This document shows positions 18,550-29,747 of a stretch of 42,555 nucleotides of DNA, in pieces. Below the pieces are notes generated by a model. That model made no database searches. It had not been told where the DNA came from and saw only the letters and a list, made by a program, of their open reading frames with translations. The position numbers and the translations under genes were made by a program. The stretch's first letter is position 1. Every line of letters begins with the position of its first letter. Origin of the DNA: Promethearchaeota archaeon (GTDB taxonomy: Archaea; Asgardarchaeota; Lokiarchaeia; Sigyniarchaeales; SOKP01); assembly GCA_019058245.1 (NCBI GenBank), contig JAHPZJ010000002.1, positions 1 to 42,555 on the forward strand. The letters are read 5' to 3'.

Positions 18550-20781
18550 TTGATTGATAATAATAGAGAAAAAAAATTTGAGATAAATTGGCGTTCCTTA
18601 GTAGAAAATATACCAGAGAGAATTATAACTTTAGATAGAAATGGAATAATTTTATTTATTAATAGAACTTCACCTAATAGAACTGTAGAAGAGGTTATAG
18701 GAAAAAGTGTTTATAGTTTTTTACCAACAGATGAACAAAAGAAGTTGCAGAAGATTCTTTATAATTTATTTGAAACAGGAAAATCATGTAAGTATATTAG
18801 TAAAATCATTAGAAATGACGGTTCAGAAGCTTGGTATGAAATTAAAATAGCTGGTATTAAAGAAAATGGAAAAATAATTGCTGCACTTGTTAATAGTACC
18901 GATATTACAGAACTTAAACTTTTTGAGTTAAAGTTAAATGAATCTGAAGAAAAACATCGTAATTTAATAGATAATTTAACTGATATCGTGGTTGAGATAG
19001 ATTTTGAAGGAAACTTATCATACATCAGTTCTCAGATCACTCAAATATTAGGATATTCTCCTGAAGAACTTATAGGAACAAATGGATTCCAATTTATTCA
19101 TCCAAATGATATAAAAGAAATTAGAAAAAAACATGAAATTGCCATAAAGGCTGAAATACCAATCTACTATGAATATAAGGCAAGACATAAAGATGGTCAT
19201 TATGTACCGATGTCTCTTCATGTGAACTATCTTAAAATAGGAGATAAAGGAAAAATTACGGGGATACTAAGAGATAATTCTGAAAAAATAAAAATCGAGC
19301 AAAGATTAAGAGAAGCTGAACAAAAATATCGGATTATATTCGAAAAATCTTCAAATGCGATTGTATTACTCGATTTGACTGGGAAAATAATTGAATGTAA
19401 TTTGTCCACTGTGGAAATGTTTGGATATTCTAAAGAAGAAATAGTTGGTCAAAATTACTTAAATTTACCCTTTTATTCGGAAATTATGAAGACAACATTA
19501 AAAGAGAGATTTAAAAAGATCAGTAAAGGAATTGATATAAAACCACAAATATTGGAAATAAAAAGAAAAGATGGAAAACTAGCAACGATTAAAAATAAAA
19601 TATCTTATCTAAAAATAGGAGATCAAAACTTTTTTCAAGCGATAATTCAAGATATAACAGAGCAAAAAAAAATAGAAGAAGAATTAAAAGAATCTGAAGA
19701 AAAATTCAGAACAATTGCCGATCAATCTCTAATAGGTATCGATATTCTACAGGATGGTAAAGAGATATACGTGAATGAAGCGTTATCTACTATTGTAGGA
19801 TATCCTATTGAAGAAATCCGCAATTGGAAACCTCGAGATTATCATAAACTTATTCACTCAGAAGATTTAAAAAGTGTTTTTGAGAGTATTGCTAAAGGAC
19901 AAGATGGAAAAACTGGATCAATAATAGGATATCATTGTAGAATAATTACAAAAAAAAAAAAAGTAAAATGGGTTGAGGTTCTCGCGAAACTTATTATGTT
20001 TCGAGGAAAGAGAGCTATTTTATCCTCTACTATAGATATTACCGCAAAGATGGAAGCAGAACAAAAATTAAAGGAAATTAATCAAATGAAATCAGAACTT
20101 CTTCGGAGAACTTCGCATGAATTAAAAACGCCTCTCGTTTCAATTAAAGGATTCTCAGATTTATTATTAAGACTGCATTATAATAAACTTGATACTGATG
20201 TTATTTCACTAATAGATGAAATCAAACAGGGTTGTACTAGACTTGAAAATCTTATAGGGGATATCTTAAAAACCTCAGAATTGGACTTAGGAAAGGTACA
20301 ATTAAAAAAAGAAATGGATGATTTGGCTTTTCTTATAAGGTTTTCAATTAAAGAGTTGCGGGCTCTCGCAGAAATCAGAAACCAGATTATAGAAACAAAT
20401 ATACACGATAATTTAATTACTAAATTTGAAAAAGAAAGAATCCATGAAGTTTTAGGAAATTTAATAACCAATGCAATTAAATACACTCCACCTAAAGGGC
20501 GCATTAAAATACAAACAGAAATTAAAAATGGTTTTTACATAGTTTCAGTAAATGATAATGGAATTGGATTTACTAAAAAAGAATTATCAAAGTTATTTAC
20601 TCAATTTGGAAAAATTGAACGTTTTGGTCAAGGTCTAGATGTTATCTCTGAGGGATCTGGTTTAGGTCTTTTTATTTCGAAAAAAATTATAGAACTTCAC
20701 GGTGGAGAGATCTGGGTTGATTCCGAAGGAAGAAATAAAGGTTCTACCTTTTATTTCTCTCTCCCTATTATAAAAGATTAA
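18550..20781 (+). CDS. Cytoplasmic sensor histidine kinase with about four PAS/PAC domains
   Basis: Repeated PAS/PAC units ending in DITE-like motifs; H-box SHELKTPL, N-box NLITNAIKY, DNGIG and GSGLGL; no transmembrane segments. Confidence 0.93.
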   Translation: MIDNNREKKFEINWRSLVENIPERIITLDRNGIILFINRTSPNRTVEEVIGKSVYSFLPTDEQKKLQKILYNLFETGKSCKYISKIIRNDGSEAWYEIKIAGIKENGKIIAALVNSTDITELKLFELKLNESEEKHRNLIDNLTDIVVEIDFEGNLSYISSQITQILGYSPEELIGTNGFQFIHPNDIKEIRKKHEIAIKAEIPIYYEYKARHKDGHYVPMSLHVNYLKIGDKGKITGILRDNSEKIKIEQRLREAEQKYRIIFEKSSNAIVLLDLTGKIIECNLSTVEMFGYSKEEIVGQNYLNLPFYSEIMKTTLKERFKKISKGIDIKPQILEIKRKDGKLATIKNKISYLKIGDQNFFQAIIQDITEQKKIEEELKESEEKFRTIADQSLIGIDILQDGKEIYVNEALSTIVGYPIEEIRNWKPRDYHKLIHSEDLKSVFESIAKGQDGKTGSIIGYHCRIITKKKKVKWVEVLAKLIMFRGKRAILSSTIDITAKMEAEQKLKEINQMKSELLRRTSHELKTPLVSIKGFSDLLLRLHYNKLDTDVISLIDEIKQGCTRLENLIGDILKTSELDLGKVQLKKEMDDLAFLIRFSIKELRALAEIRNQIIETNIHDNLITKFEKERIHEVLGNLITNAIKYTPPKGRIKIQTEIKNGFYIVSVNDNGIGFTKKELSKLFTQFGKIERFGQGLDVISEGSGLGLFISKKIIELHGGEIWVDSEGRNKGSTFYFSLPIIKD

Positions 20782-20996
20782 TTTTAGTTAACTCTTCTAA
20801 GTAAGGTAATGTGTTTTTACAAATTTTTTCATCTGTTTGAATTTTCTTCTCTCGTGAGAAGGTAAGTTTCAGATAACGATTCTTTTAGTCTTTCTACTTT
20901 TTAATTTAATTTTGAAGAAATAATCATTAGGAGTATAGTTCTTTGCTTGAATAAGTAATTTAAACCTTTAAGGATTACATTAGTATTGGTGATAAA

Positions 20997-21413
20997 ATGA
21001 TAAAATTTGAAGAGTATAAATTAAAAACACCAGAAAGAGAAGCCATATTAGACATTACCAATGATGTTAGTAAAATAGTCAGAAATCATGAAATTCAAGA
21101 AGGTGTATGTAGAGTGTTTGTCCCACATACGACCGCAGGAATAACTATTAATGAAAATGCTGATCCGTCTGTTCTACTTGATATATCTAATTATTTGAGA
21201 AAACTTATCCCTAAAGGTGGTGGATTAAATTATTCGTTTAAACATCTTGAAGGAAATTCTGATGCGCATATTAAATGTTCATTAACGGGTCATTCAGTTG
21301 ATATCTTAATTCATAAGAAAAAATTGATGTTAGGGACCTGGCAAGGATTGATGTTCGCTGAATATGATGGACCAAGAAATAGGAGAGTTTTTGTACAGAT
21401 TCAAGGTGAATAA
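20997..21413 (+). CDS. yjbQ: YjbQ (UPF0047) family protein
   Basis: HTTAGITINEN, NSDAHIK and LGTWQG...EYDGPR motifs. Confidence 0.92.
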   Translation: MIKFEEYKLKTPEREAILDITNDVSKIVRNHEIQEGVCRVFVPHTTAGITINENADPSVLLDISNYLRKLIPKGGGLNYSFKHLEGNSDAHIKCSLTGHSVDILIHKKKLMLGTWQGLMFAEYDGPRNRRVFVQIQGE

Positions 21414-21499
21414 TTTTTTATTGCGAAATAATCCCTTTTTTTTATCAAACTTGAATCCTGTAATTATCTAGTATATACTCCTTTTTTATCTATTTAAGG

Positions 21500-22189
21500 T
21501 CATTCTAAAGCATTTTTTATTGCAGCTCTTGCTAATAATCTAGTAGAATCTAAAGTAGGTAAAGGGCAATCATTAGGATCTATAAGTAAGGGTATCTCTG
21601 TACATCCTAAGACAACAGCATCAATTTTATTTTTAACCATCTTTTGTATTATTTTATTTAATTCTTTTCTCGATTCCTCTGATATAATACCATTTACCAA
21701 TTCTTCAAAAATAATTTTATCAAGTTTATCTTGATCTGACGTTTCTGGGATCTCGTAAGTTATCCCAAATTTTTTAAGTGCATCAGGATATACTGTAGAA
21801 TTCATAAGATATTTTGTTCCTAAGATTCCCAGATTTTTAAATCTTTTTTGTCTTGCTTCTTCTCCTACAACTTTAGCAATATGCAACCAAGGAATAGGTG
21901 ATTTAGAAATCATTAAATCAAAGGCTTGATGAATAGTATTATCAGGGCAAATAACAAAATCAGCTCCCGCTTTTGCAACAATTTCAGTTGATTTTAGCAT
22001 TAATTCAGCTACTCCTTCCCAATTTCCATTCCACATATGTTGCATATAATCAGAAAAAGGTGGTGTGTGCATTGTTATTTCAGGATGCCAATATTTAAAC
22101 AATTTTTCCTGAGCTTCTAAACATATAGTTTTATAACAAAGAGCGGCTCCTTCGGCACTGCAAGCAACAATTCCAATATGTTTTGCCAT
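21500..22189 (-). CDS. Aspartate/glutamate racemase family protein
   Basis: CPDNTIH, GILGT, LGCTEIP and DST motifs. Confidence 0.88.
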   Translation of the reverse strand: MAKHIGIVACSAEGAALCYKTICLEAQEKLFKYWHPEITMHTPPFSDYMQHMWNGNWEGVAELMLKSTEIVAKAGADFVICPDNTIHQAFDLMISKSPIPWLHIAKVVGEEARQKRFKNLGILGTKYLMNSTVYPDALKKFGITYEIPETSDQDKLDKIIFEELVNGIISEESRKELNKIIQKMVKNKIDAVVLGCTEIPLLIDPNDCPLPTLDSTRLLARAAIKNALE

Positions 22190-22519
22190 TATAAGTCTCC
22201 TTTTATTTTAAGTACTAGGTTTTTACCAATTTAAATTTTTATAATTATTTTAAATAAACATAAAAAGTCTTTTTCAAAAAGAGTGATTATTATTAGTTTA
22301 CAGTATATAATAATTAATTGAAATTCTACATTAAATAGCTCCAGATTTTACTTTTTTCATGGTGTTTATTCTAAAATTCTAAAATGAAATGGTTAGATGC
22401 ATAATATACAATTTTGTTAATTCAAAACATTTATATGAGATTATATTAAATAATTCTTAGATAATCCATTTTCATGTAAAAAAGTTGATAGATTAAATCA
22501 AATATTTAGAGGGAAAGAA

Positions 22520-23047
22520 ATGTCCAAAATTTTAGATGATATTTTTAATGTAGAGGAAATCAGAAAAAAGAAGCAAGGATATAATTGGTTAAGCACTCTC
22601 AAACTTCATTGTATAATTTCTGGATTTTTAGCTATTATTTCAATAATTCTTTTTGTTGGATTCTCACTTATAGAATTTCAATTTTTTGATTATTATTTTA
22701 TAGATCCTAGATTTTTTCTGCTTATTTCAGCTATATTATTTATCATATCAGCTGAATTATACATCTCTGCAATAAGTTTTGACATGGTTAATATTTCAGT
22801 AGATATTAAACAAGCTCTTAAAAAAGCATGTGAAGAGAAAAAGCTCGATTGGGAGGATTTTATTATGAACTATTTAGCAATCTGCAAGAATAAAAAAAGA
22901 CAAGCTAAAATTGTCAATATTGTTGCACTCATTCTGTTGTTTATAGCCTTTGTTTGTATAGAATCATATATATATGGTATTTTCATATTATTTGCAGTGA
23001 TTGGCTATTTAATATGGCAATTTTTAAAAAAGAAGGAGGAAACTTAA
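22520..23047 (+). CDS. Hypothetical membrane protein (about 4 TM)
   Basis: Two hydrophobic hairpins around a charged linker; no recognised motif. Confidence 0.6.
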   Translation: MSKILDDIFNVEEIRKKKQGYNWLSTLKLHCIISGFLAIISIILFVGFSLIEFQFFDYYFIDPRFFLLISAILFIISAELYISAISFDMVNISVDIKQALKKACEEKKLDWEDFIMNYLAICKNKKRQAKIVNIVALILLFIAFVCIESYIYGIFILFAVIGYLIWQFLKKKEET

Positions 23048-23505
23048 ATGTCAAGAGAAAATGCATCTCTGAAAAAATATTTCATATCCCTTCTCATCTC
23101 TAGCATCGGAAGTGTGATAATTTTAACCATCTTTGATTTTGGAGGATGGATAATTGGTGAAGGATCGGGGCTTATCAATTACTATTATATTATGTTACTA
23201 GGACCATTTAATTCTTTGAATATTGGGGTATTTATTATCATTGTGATATTCATTTATAGTACACTCTTATCTCTTATGAGTCTTGGTAATCTATCTTCCT
23301 TGAATCCTCTTAAACACTACAAATTCGGCAGGAATTCACAATAATATCGGTAATAATTATTGTTGGTATTTTGATTTTTTTAATCATTATGGGACTTGGA
23401 GGGAATTCCTGGTGGATTGGAGTATCTTTTTATGAAGGATTATCAGCCTCAGTTATTAATTTGGTTCTTTATACAATTATAATTAGAAAAATAATGAAAA
23501 AATAA
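23048..23505 (+). pseudogene. Small multi-TM membrane protein interrupted by a 1-nt frameshift (or sequencing error)
   Basis: The ORF stops at 23344, but the -1 frame (open 23314-23505) continues IISVIIIVGILIFLIIMGLGGNSWWIGVSFYEGLSASVINLVLYTIIIRKIMKK. Confidence 0.6.
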
Positions 23506-23612
23506 TCAAATTCTATTTTAAAATTTTGTGAAAAATTCTATTATTATTTAAAATAGAACAAAAATTGGACTAATTCTTTTTTATATTCTATGATTATTTT
23601 TAAAAATATGTT

Positions 23613-24728
23613 ATGGTTGTTCAAGATTTATTATATTTAAGAAGTTTCTTTAAAAAAATTCACCCATACATTTCTGATGTATTATTCAATATAATATTTA
23701 AAAAACCTAAAAGTTATTCTTTAATGGTAAGATTGGCAAAATCTTACTTAAAAGCTCGAAAAAAAAGAGCTGAATTGCTTAATAAAGGAATTAAAGTACC
23801 CCCTATTCTGATTTTGGGTGTTACATCGAAATGTAATTTATCATGTTATGGGTGTTATGCGGCAGCTACAGGAACATTATCAAATAAAAAGTCAAGTAAT
23901 AATCTCTCAGTTGATAAATGGAAAATGATAATTAAAGAGGCAACATCTTTAGGTGTATTTGGATTTATTATTGCTGGTGGAGAACCCTTTATGGTTCCTG
24001 ATATCCTGTCAATATGTTCCACTTTTAAAGACAGAATTTTTGTAATTTATACGAATGGAACCAATATAAAAAAAAAGGAATTTGAAGAATTAAAAAGATT
24101 ACATAATGTAGTAATTATGGTAAGTATTGAAGGAGATAAAGCTTTAACAGAAAATCGAAGGGGTAAAGGTGTCTATGAAAAAGTAATTAACACATTATTG
24201 TACCTTAAAAAATATAAAATAATGAGTGGCATTTCAATTACAATAACCAGATTAAATTTCAGATATTGGATGGAAGAAAAGATTATTAATAATTTGATGT
24301 CTAAAGGAATTCGATTTATTACATTCTTGGAATATGTGCCTACGTGTAATGATACGGAATTAATGTTAACACCAGAAGAAAGAATAAGTTTCAGAGAGAA
24401 AGTTTTAGAATATAGAAGAACTAAAAGGTTGATTATTCTACACTCCCCTGGGGATGAAGAAATTAAGGGAGGGTGTGTTTCGGCAGGTAGAAGTTTTGCG
24501 TATATTACTCCTAAAGGAGATCTCACTCCATGTCCAGTATCTAACATAGCAACTCATAATTTAACATCATCTACCTTAAAACAAGGATTGATAAGCCCAT
24601 TATTTAAATATATAAGAGATAGTGATCATTTGTTAGAAACAGAAGATTCACCATGCGCTTTATTTTCTCATCCAAAAGAAGTAAATGAAATAGTTAAAAA
24701 AACCAAGGCATACTATACATGTGTGTGA
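23613..24728 (+). CDS. Radical SAM protein with SPASM/twitch-like C-terminus
   Basis: CNLSCYGC, GGEP, YTNG and GCVSAGR...GDLTPCP...C motifs. Confidence 0.9.
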   Translation: MVVQDLLYLRSFFKKIHPYISDVLFNIIFKKPKSYSLMVRLAKSYLKARKKRAELLNKGIKVPPILILGVTSKCNLSCYGCYAAATGTLSNKKSSNNLSVDKWKMIIKEATSLGVFGFIIAGGEPFMVPDILSICSTFKDRIFVIYTNGTNIKKKEFEELKRLHNVVIMVSIEGDKALTENRRGKGVYEKVINTLLYLKKYKIMSGISITITRLNFRYWMEEKIINNLMSKGIRFITFLEYVPTCNDTELMLTPEERISFREKVLEYRRTKRLIILHSPGDEEIKGGCVSAGRSFAYITPKGDLTPCPVSNIATHNLTSSTLKQGLISPLFKYIRDSDHLLETEDSPCALFSHPKEVNEIVKKTKAYYTCV

Positions 24729-24921
24729 ATTTTCCTTTTTTTTTAATTTATTCAGTATATTTTATTTATTAAAATCAGTGTCTATTCTTCTGATTTATTG
24801 TACTTGTTGGTTTATAAATTGGATCTGAGAATCCTTGATTTATGATTTATATAGATAAATCGAAATGAATTTAACTTTTATAAGCCAAAGAAATAATTGC
24901 TTGACTGAAGTGTTAAATATT

Positions 24922-25812
24922 ATGAATAATATTAGAAAAGTCAAGGTTGCATTAAAGAGTAGACCAACCCGAGAAGGTGCAGGTGTTAGACTGAAACGTG
25001 CTTTTGGTTATGCTGACGAGTCGCTTGATCCATTTTTACTCCTTGATGACTTTCATTCAGATGATCCTAAAGATTATCTACCAGGATTTCCTTGGCATCC
25101 TCATCGAGGTATAGAAACTATTACATATATTTTACATGGGAATCTCGAGCATGGTGATAGTTTAGGTAATGGGGGGATTATTGAAGAGGGTGATATCCAG
25201 TGGATGACGGCAGGATCTGGTATAATACATCAGGAAATGCCTAAAGAGGGTAAAGATGATACTTTACTTTGGGGATTTCAACTTTGGGCAAATCTTCCTG
25301 CATCTCATAAAATGATGGATCCAAGATATCGAGATATAATAAAGTCTCAAATTCCAGAAATTTCTTTGAATGATAATAAAATTAGAATTAAGATCATATC
25401 TGGCGAATTTAATGGTGTTAAAGGCCCAGTACAAGACATTATTACTGATCCTGAATACTTAGATGTTACAATAAGCCCAAATTCGGAATTCATCCATCAT
25501 ATTAAAGATGAATATAATGTTTTTGCCTACACAATAGAAGGTGAAGGATATTTCGATGACAAGAAAGAAGATCTAGTGAAAAATGAAACACTAATTATCT
25601 ATCGAGATGGAGATGCTGTAATGATTAGTACAGATAAAGAAATCGTGCGATTTCTATTAGTTTCTGGAAAACCAATACGAGAACCTGTAGTATGGGGCGG
25701 TCCAATTGTAATGAACACTAAAGAAGAGCTGGAAACTGCTTTCCGAGAGTTTAGAGAAGGAAATTTTCTTAAAAGTCCGAATAATATTAACTTTAATTTT
25801 TGGAAGCAATAA
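24922..25812 (+). CDS. Pirin family protein (likely start 24922)
   Basis: EGAG, DPFLLLD, HPHRGIET, WMTAGSGIIHQE, QLWANLP and GPIVMN motifs. Confidence 0.93.
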   Translation: MNNIRKVKVALKSRPTREGAGVRLKRAFGYADESLDPFLLLDDFHSDDPKDYLPGFPWHPHRGIETITYILHGNLEHGDSLGNGGIIEEGDIQWMTAGSGIIHQEMPKEGKDDTLLWGFQLWANLPASHKMMDPRYRDIIKSQIPEISLNDNKIRIKIISGEFNGVKGPVQDIITDPEYLDVTISPNSEFIHHIKDEYNVFAYTIEGEGYFDDKKEDLVKNETLIIYRDGDAVMISTDKEIVRFLLVSGKPIREPVVWGGPIVMNTKEELETAFREFREGNFLKSPNNINFNFWKQ

Positions 25813-25900
25813 TATAATTTTTTAATTCAATTACCTTTTTTGTGCAATTTTAAATAATTTAACTTTTATCAATGATATAAATTTACTAAAGTGATTAAAA

Positions 25901-26173
25901 ATGGGAGAAGAGGAAATTACTTCAGACCTTAGAGAGAAAATCCATAAAAACGTTGATAAGGTATTTGATAAATGGCTTGAAAGGGCTTCAAAAGGGGAGT
26001 CTATAGAGGGTGTAATTAAAAGTCTTATGGTTGAAAAAGTAATGAATGTCATTGGAGCTATAATGAGAAGAACTGTTGTAAAAAAAGTGGCAAAAAGAGC
26101 TGTAAGGAAAGCAGTTGATAAATACTGGGAAAAAAATCGGGAAACGATTCAAGAAAAAATCAAAAATTTATAA
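25901..26173 (+). CDS. Small charged helical hypothetical protein
   Basis: Clean ORF co-oriented with its neighbours; amphipathic helices; weak internal repeat KNVDK..DKW / KAVDKYWEK. Confidence 0.6.
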   Translation: MGEEEITSDLREKIHKNVDKVFDKWLERASKGESIEGVIKSLMVEKVMNVIGAIMRRTVVKKVAKRAVRKAVDKYWEKNRETIQEKIKNL

Positions 26174-26203
26174 GTTTTTTATTCTTTTTTTAAGAGATTT
26201 GGT

Positions 26204-27064
26204 ATGATCAGTTCTAATAAATTCAAGATATTTGATGCTCATTTTCATACATATGGAATATTTCTTAAGCCTCATGAAGATGTAATAAGTTATATGGACC
26301 ATTACAATGTAGAAAAGGCAATTATAACTACAATTAATAGAACTAAATTTCATAATAGGCGAAAGGAGTATGTCTCTGATGGAAATTTAGAAGATAATTT
26401 CTCAAAATATTTAGATGATTTTAAAAGTATGATGCCTAAAGAGCAGCTTTCTCACCAGGATGTAATAGAAATTGCAAATAGAGCACCAGAGAGATTTTAT
26501 AAATTTTTTTGGTTCAATCCGAAATTAACTCCAGAAGAAGAGGAGGATAACTATAAAATATTGGAAGATCATTTTAAAAAAGGATTTGTTGGAGTCAAGA
26601 TACATGCGGGTTTTCACTTTTTTAAGTTTCCTGAAGGTATTGAAAAATTAGCTACATTTATGCAGGAATTTGATAAAAATATTATCTTATTTCTTCATTC
26701 ACTTCCAAAAACTAAATTTCATTCGGGATCTGAGCCTCAAGATATTGCTAAGCTGGCGAAGAAATTTCCTGAGTTAAGAATTATTGTTGGTCATGCTGCA
26801 TTTTGTATGGAATATGCCGTGAGTGTTGGATTATTATTAAAGAAATTTGAAAATGTATATTTCGAGACAAGTTGCTCGATTTCCCTTGGAATATTTAATC
26901 TTATAAAAACACTAGGTCATGAGAGAATTTTATTCGGTTCTGATTCTCCAACAACATCAACTTTACCTATTGAGATTGAAAAAATAATGTCTCTTCCAAG
27001 AATCTCAAATGATATAAAACAGGAAATTTTTTATAATAATGTAGTAAACTTACTAATGTTATAA
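26204..27064 (+). CDS. Amidohydrolase-2 family metal-dependent hydrolase
   Basis: DAHFH, GVKIH, FLHS, IVGH, NVYFETS and FGSDSP motifs. Confidence 0.88.
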   Translation: MISSNKFKIFDAHFHTYGIFLKPHEDVISYMDHYNVEKAIITTINRTKFHNRRKEYVSDGNLEDNFSKYLDDFKSMMPKEQLSHQDVIEIANRAPERFYKFFWFNPKLTPEEEEDNYKILEDHFKKGFVGVKIHAGFHFFKFPEGIEKLATFMQEFDKNIILFLHSLPKTKFHSGSEPQDIAKLAKKFPELRIIVGHAAFCMEYAVSVGLLLKKFENVYFETSCSISLGIFNLIKTLGHERILFGSDSPTTSTLPIEIEKIMSLPRISNDIKQEIFYNNVVNLLML

Positions 27065-27339
27065 AATAATTACTTTCAGATTACCGTTAAATCATTCAGT
27101 CTCAATTTTGGATGATTTTTTTATTTTTGAAGGAATTATTAAATATTGATAAAATAGAGTCTTTTTCACTTTTGTATATAGGGAGTTTATTAATGAATTA
27201 ATTTATTGTTTGTTTATTATTAGAAATTGAATAAATATTTCCAAAATCTCGATTTTATTTTCATTTTAATAATAAATCAATTAAAAGACAAATCCTATTT
27301 TTTTATAATTACTAATTTAAAAACTATAAAGTTGATTTA

Positions 27340-27918
27340 GTGAGATATTTAAGGGATAATAAAATCTGGGAAGAAGAAGATGATATAAATTGTGATATTA
27401 TTAAAATTTCGAAAGTTGACGACAAAATTATTCGAAGATTAATTAATAACTTAATGTTAAATTCATCAGATTTATCAGAGAACTTTTTTATATCTTTTGA
27501 AAGTCTTTTAAAACTAGGAAAAAAAATTGAACCTGTCTTAGATCGATATATTAAAGACACTCCCGAAATTCACAATTTGAAAGTCGAGATATTCAATTTT
27601 ATTCTGGATTTTGCTAAAGACAACATTTTAAAATATATTCTAGTACCTCAATTATATCATCCCGATTTTATTACACGAGCTAGAACTGTAATGAAACTTG
27701 AACAAGTAGGTGATTTGAGTTATATTAATTTTATATTGCCCTTATTAAATGATCCTGACGATTCTGTGCGCTGGTCAGTAATCAGGTTCTTAAATACTTA
27801 TAAACACCTTTTAAAAAATCCTTTAGTATATAAGGAAATAAAATATTACATTGAAAAAGAATTAAATCCTGTAATTCGGGAAAAAATAAAAGAATTATTA
27901 AAAAATATCTGGAAATAA
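27340..27918 (+). CDS. HEAT-repeat-containing protein
   Basis: LYHPDFITRAR and PLLNDPDDSVRWSV HEAT-like motifs; start codon uncertain (GTG). Confidence 0.65.
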   Translation: MRYLRDNKIWEEEDDINCDIIKISKVDDKIIRRLINNLMLNSSDLSENFFISFESLLKLGKKIEPVLDRYIKDTPEIHNLKVEIFNFILDFAKDNILKYILVPQLYHPDFITRARTVMKLEQVGDLSYINFILPLLNDPDDSVRWSVIRFLNTYKHLLKNPLVYKEIKYYIEKELNPVIREKIKELLKNIWK

Positions 27919-28087
27919 TTGGCTTTTATTTCCTTTTGGAACCCAATAGAATCTTCCTTTAAAAAGCCCCTTGTTATATACAATTTTGTTCAGAAGATCT
28001 AAAGAAATAAATAGGTTGAAGAACATGATATGCTATAATTTATAGAATTATCCAATATCTGAAATTTAATTAAAAAAGTGTATTAAT

Positions 28088-29656
28088 ATGAATAAAAAAG
28101 GGTACTTTTTAGGTGTCTGCATTCTTTTAGTTTCAACAGGATTGTTAGTAATATCTACATCTAGAGTAAGTTCTTTAAATCTTATCAATAATGCAAATAG
28201 AAACGCGGAGGGCAATTTAAATGAATTACCACGGATGGCACAAGAGATGGCATGGAGTGCAAATGGCAATTCTATTTGTTTAGGATCTGATGATCAAACA
28301 CCAATTAAAATCATTAGTGATGGTTCGGGAGGAGCAATTATAACATGGGTAGATTACAGAAACGCGGATGTTGATATCTATGCTCAACATATAGATTCAG
28401 ATGGTAATGTGCAATGGGGGACTAATGGCATAGAAATATGTAACGCTGATGATGATCAAATAGAACCAGACATATGTAGTGATGGCGCAGGAGGGGCGAT
28501 TATTACATGGGATGATTACAGAAACACAGATGTTGATATCTATGCTCAACATGTAGACTCAAGTGGCAATGTACAATGGGGAACTATTGGTATAGCAATA
28601 TGTACAGCAGATAATAATCAACATTTCCCAAAAATTTGTAGTGATGGAAGTGGGGGGGCGATTATTACGTGGCAAGATACTAGAGGCGACGACTATGATG
28701 TGTATGCTCAAAATGTAGATTCAGATGGTACTGTACAATGGGGAACTAATGGCATAGAAATATGTAACGAAGATAATAATCAATATAATCCAACTATTTG
28801 TAGAGATGGAAGTGGAGGGGCGATTATTACGTGGCAAGATTATAGAAGCGGATCGTATGGTGATATTTATGCTCAATCTATCAATCATAATGGATATACA
28901 CAGTGGCTTGATAATGGTAGACCCATATGTATGGCCAGCTATTCTCAGACTTATCCAATAATAATTAGTGATGGTTCTGGAGGAGCGATTATTGCTTGGA
29001 GAGATGGTAGAAATGGAAATACAGATATTTTTGCTCAACGTGTAGATTCAGGTGGCAATGTGCAATGGGGAGGTAATGGTATAGCTATTTGTACCGCAAC
29101 TGGATCACAAGTTGCACACAAGTTATGTAGCGATGGTGCAGGAGGTGCCATATTCACATGGGAAGATTATAGGGGGACAGATAATGATGTTTATACCCAA
29201 CGTGTTTCTTCTGATGGAGATCTAGAATGGGTTGTGAATGGTGTAGCTATATGCACAGCAACCGATACTCAAGGATATCCAGATATTTGTAGTGATGGTG
29301 CAGGAGGTGCTGTTATCTGTTGGAATGATTTTAGAGGTGGAGTTGATTGGGATACTTATGCTCAGCAGATAAATTCAAGTGGAAAGATACAATGGGCTAG
29401 TAATGGAGTAGGTATATGTACACTTGATGAAGGGCAGGGAGATGCTGTTTTAAGTAGTGATGGTAAGGGAAATATCATTATGGCATGGATTGATGGAAGA
29501 AATGAAGATGATTGGGATATTTATGCCCAAAAGATAACAGTCCCCATTCCTGAATCATCTATTAATGGATATAGCATTTATTTTCTTTCTCTGTCAATTT
29601 GTATACTTGTCTTATTTTTCGCAATAAGATTAAGAAAGAAGAAACATCTAAATTAA
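28088..29656 (+). CDS. Cell-surface protein with eight 54-55 aa repeats (probable 8-bladed beta-propeller) and a Loki-CTERM-like anchor
   Basis: Signal peptide; SDGxGGAIIxWxDxR..DIYAQ repeats; C-terminal INGY, TM segment and RLRKKK. Confidence 0.8.
   Translation: MNKKGYFLGVCILLVSTGLLVISTSRVSSLNLINNANRNAEGNLNELPRMAQEMAWSANGNSICLGSDDQTPIKIISDGSGGAIITWVDYRNADVDIYAQHIDSDGNVQWGTNGIEICNADDDQIEPDICSDGAGGAIITWDDYRNTDVDIYAQHVDSSGNVQWGTIGIAICTADNNQHFPKICSDGSGGAIITWQDTRGDDYDVYAQNVDSDGTVQWGTNGIEICNEDNNQYNPTICRDGSGGAIITWQDYRSGSYGDIYAQSINHNGYTQWLDNGRPICMASYSQTYPIIISDGSGGAIIAWRDGRNGNTDIFAQRVDSGGNVQWGGNGIAICTATGSQVAHKLCSDGAGGAIFTWEDYRGTDNDVYTQRVSSDGDLEWVVNGVAICTATDTQGYPDICSDGAGGAVICWNDFRGGVDWDTYAQQINSSGKIQWASNGVGICTLDEGQGDAVLSSDGKGNIIMAWIDGRNEDDWDIYAQKITVPIPESSINGYSIYFLSLSICILVLFFAIRLRKKKHLN
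28316..29535 (+). repeat. Intragenic tandem repeat, 8 units of 162-165 nt
   Basis: Units start at 28316, 28478, 28640, 28802, 28967, 29129, 29291 and 29456. Confidence 0.9.
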
Positions 29657-29747
29657 ATAACTTTATTTTTATCTTTTTTTTTGTTTTTTTATAAAAAGAC
29701 AATTTTTAAAGAGAAATTTAATGAATTAGTTTATTTTGAAAAAATTT

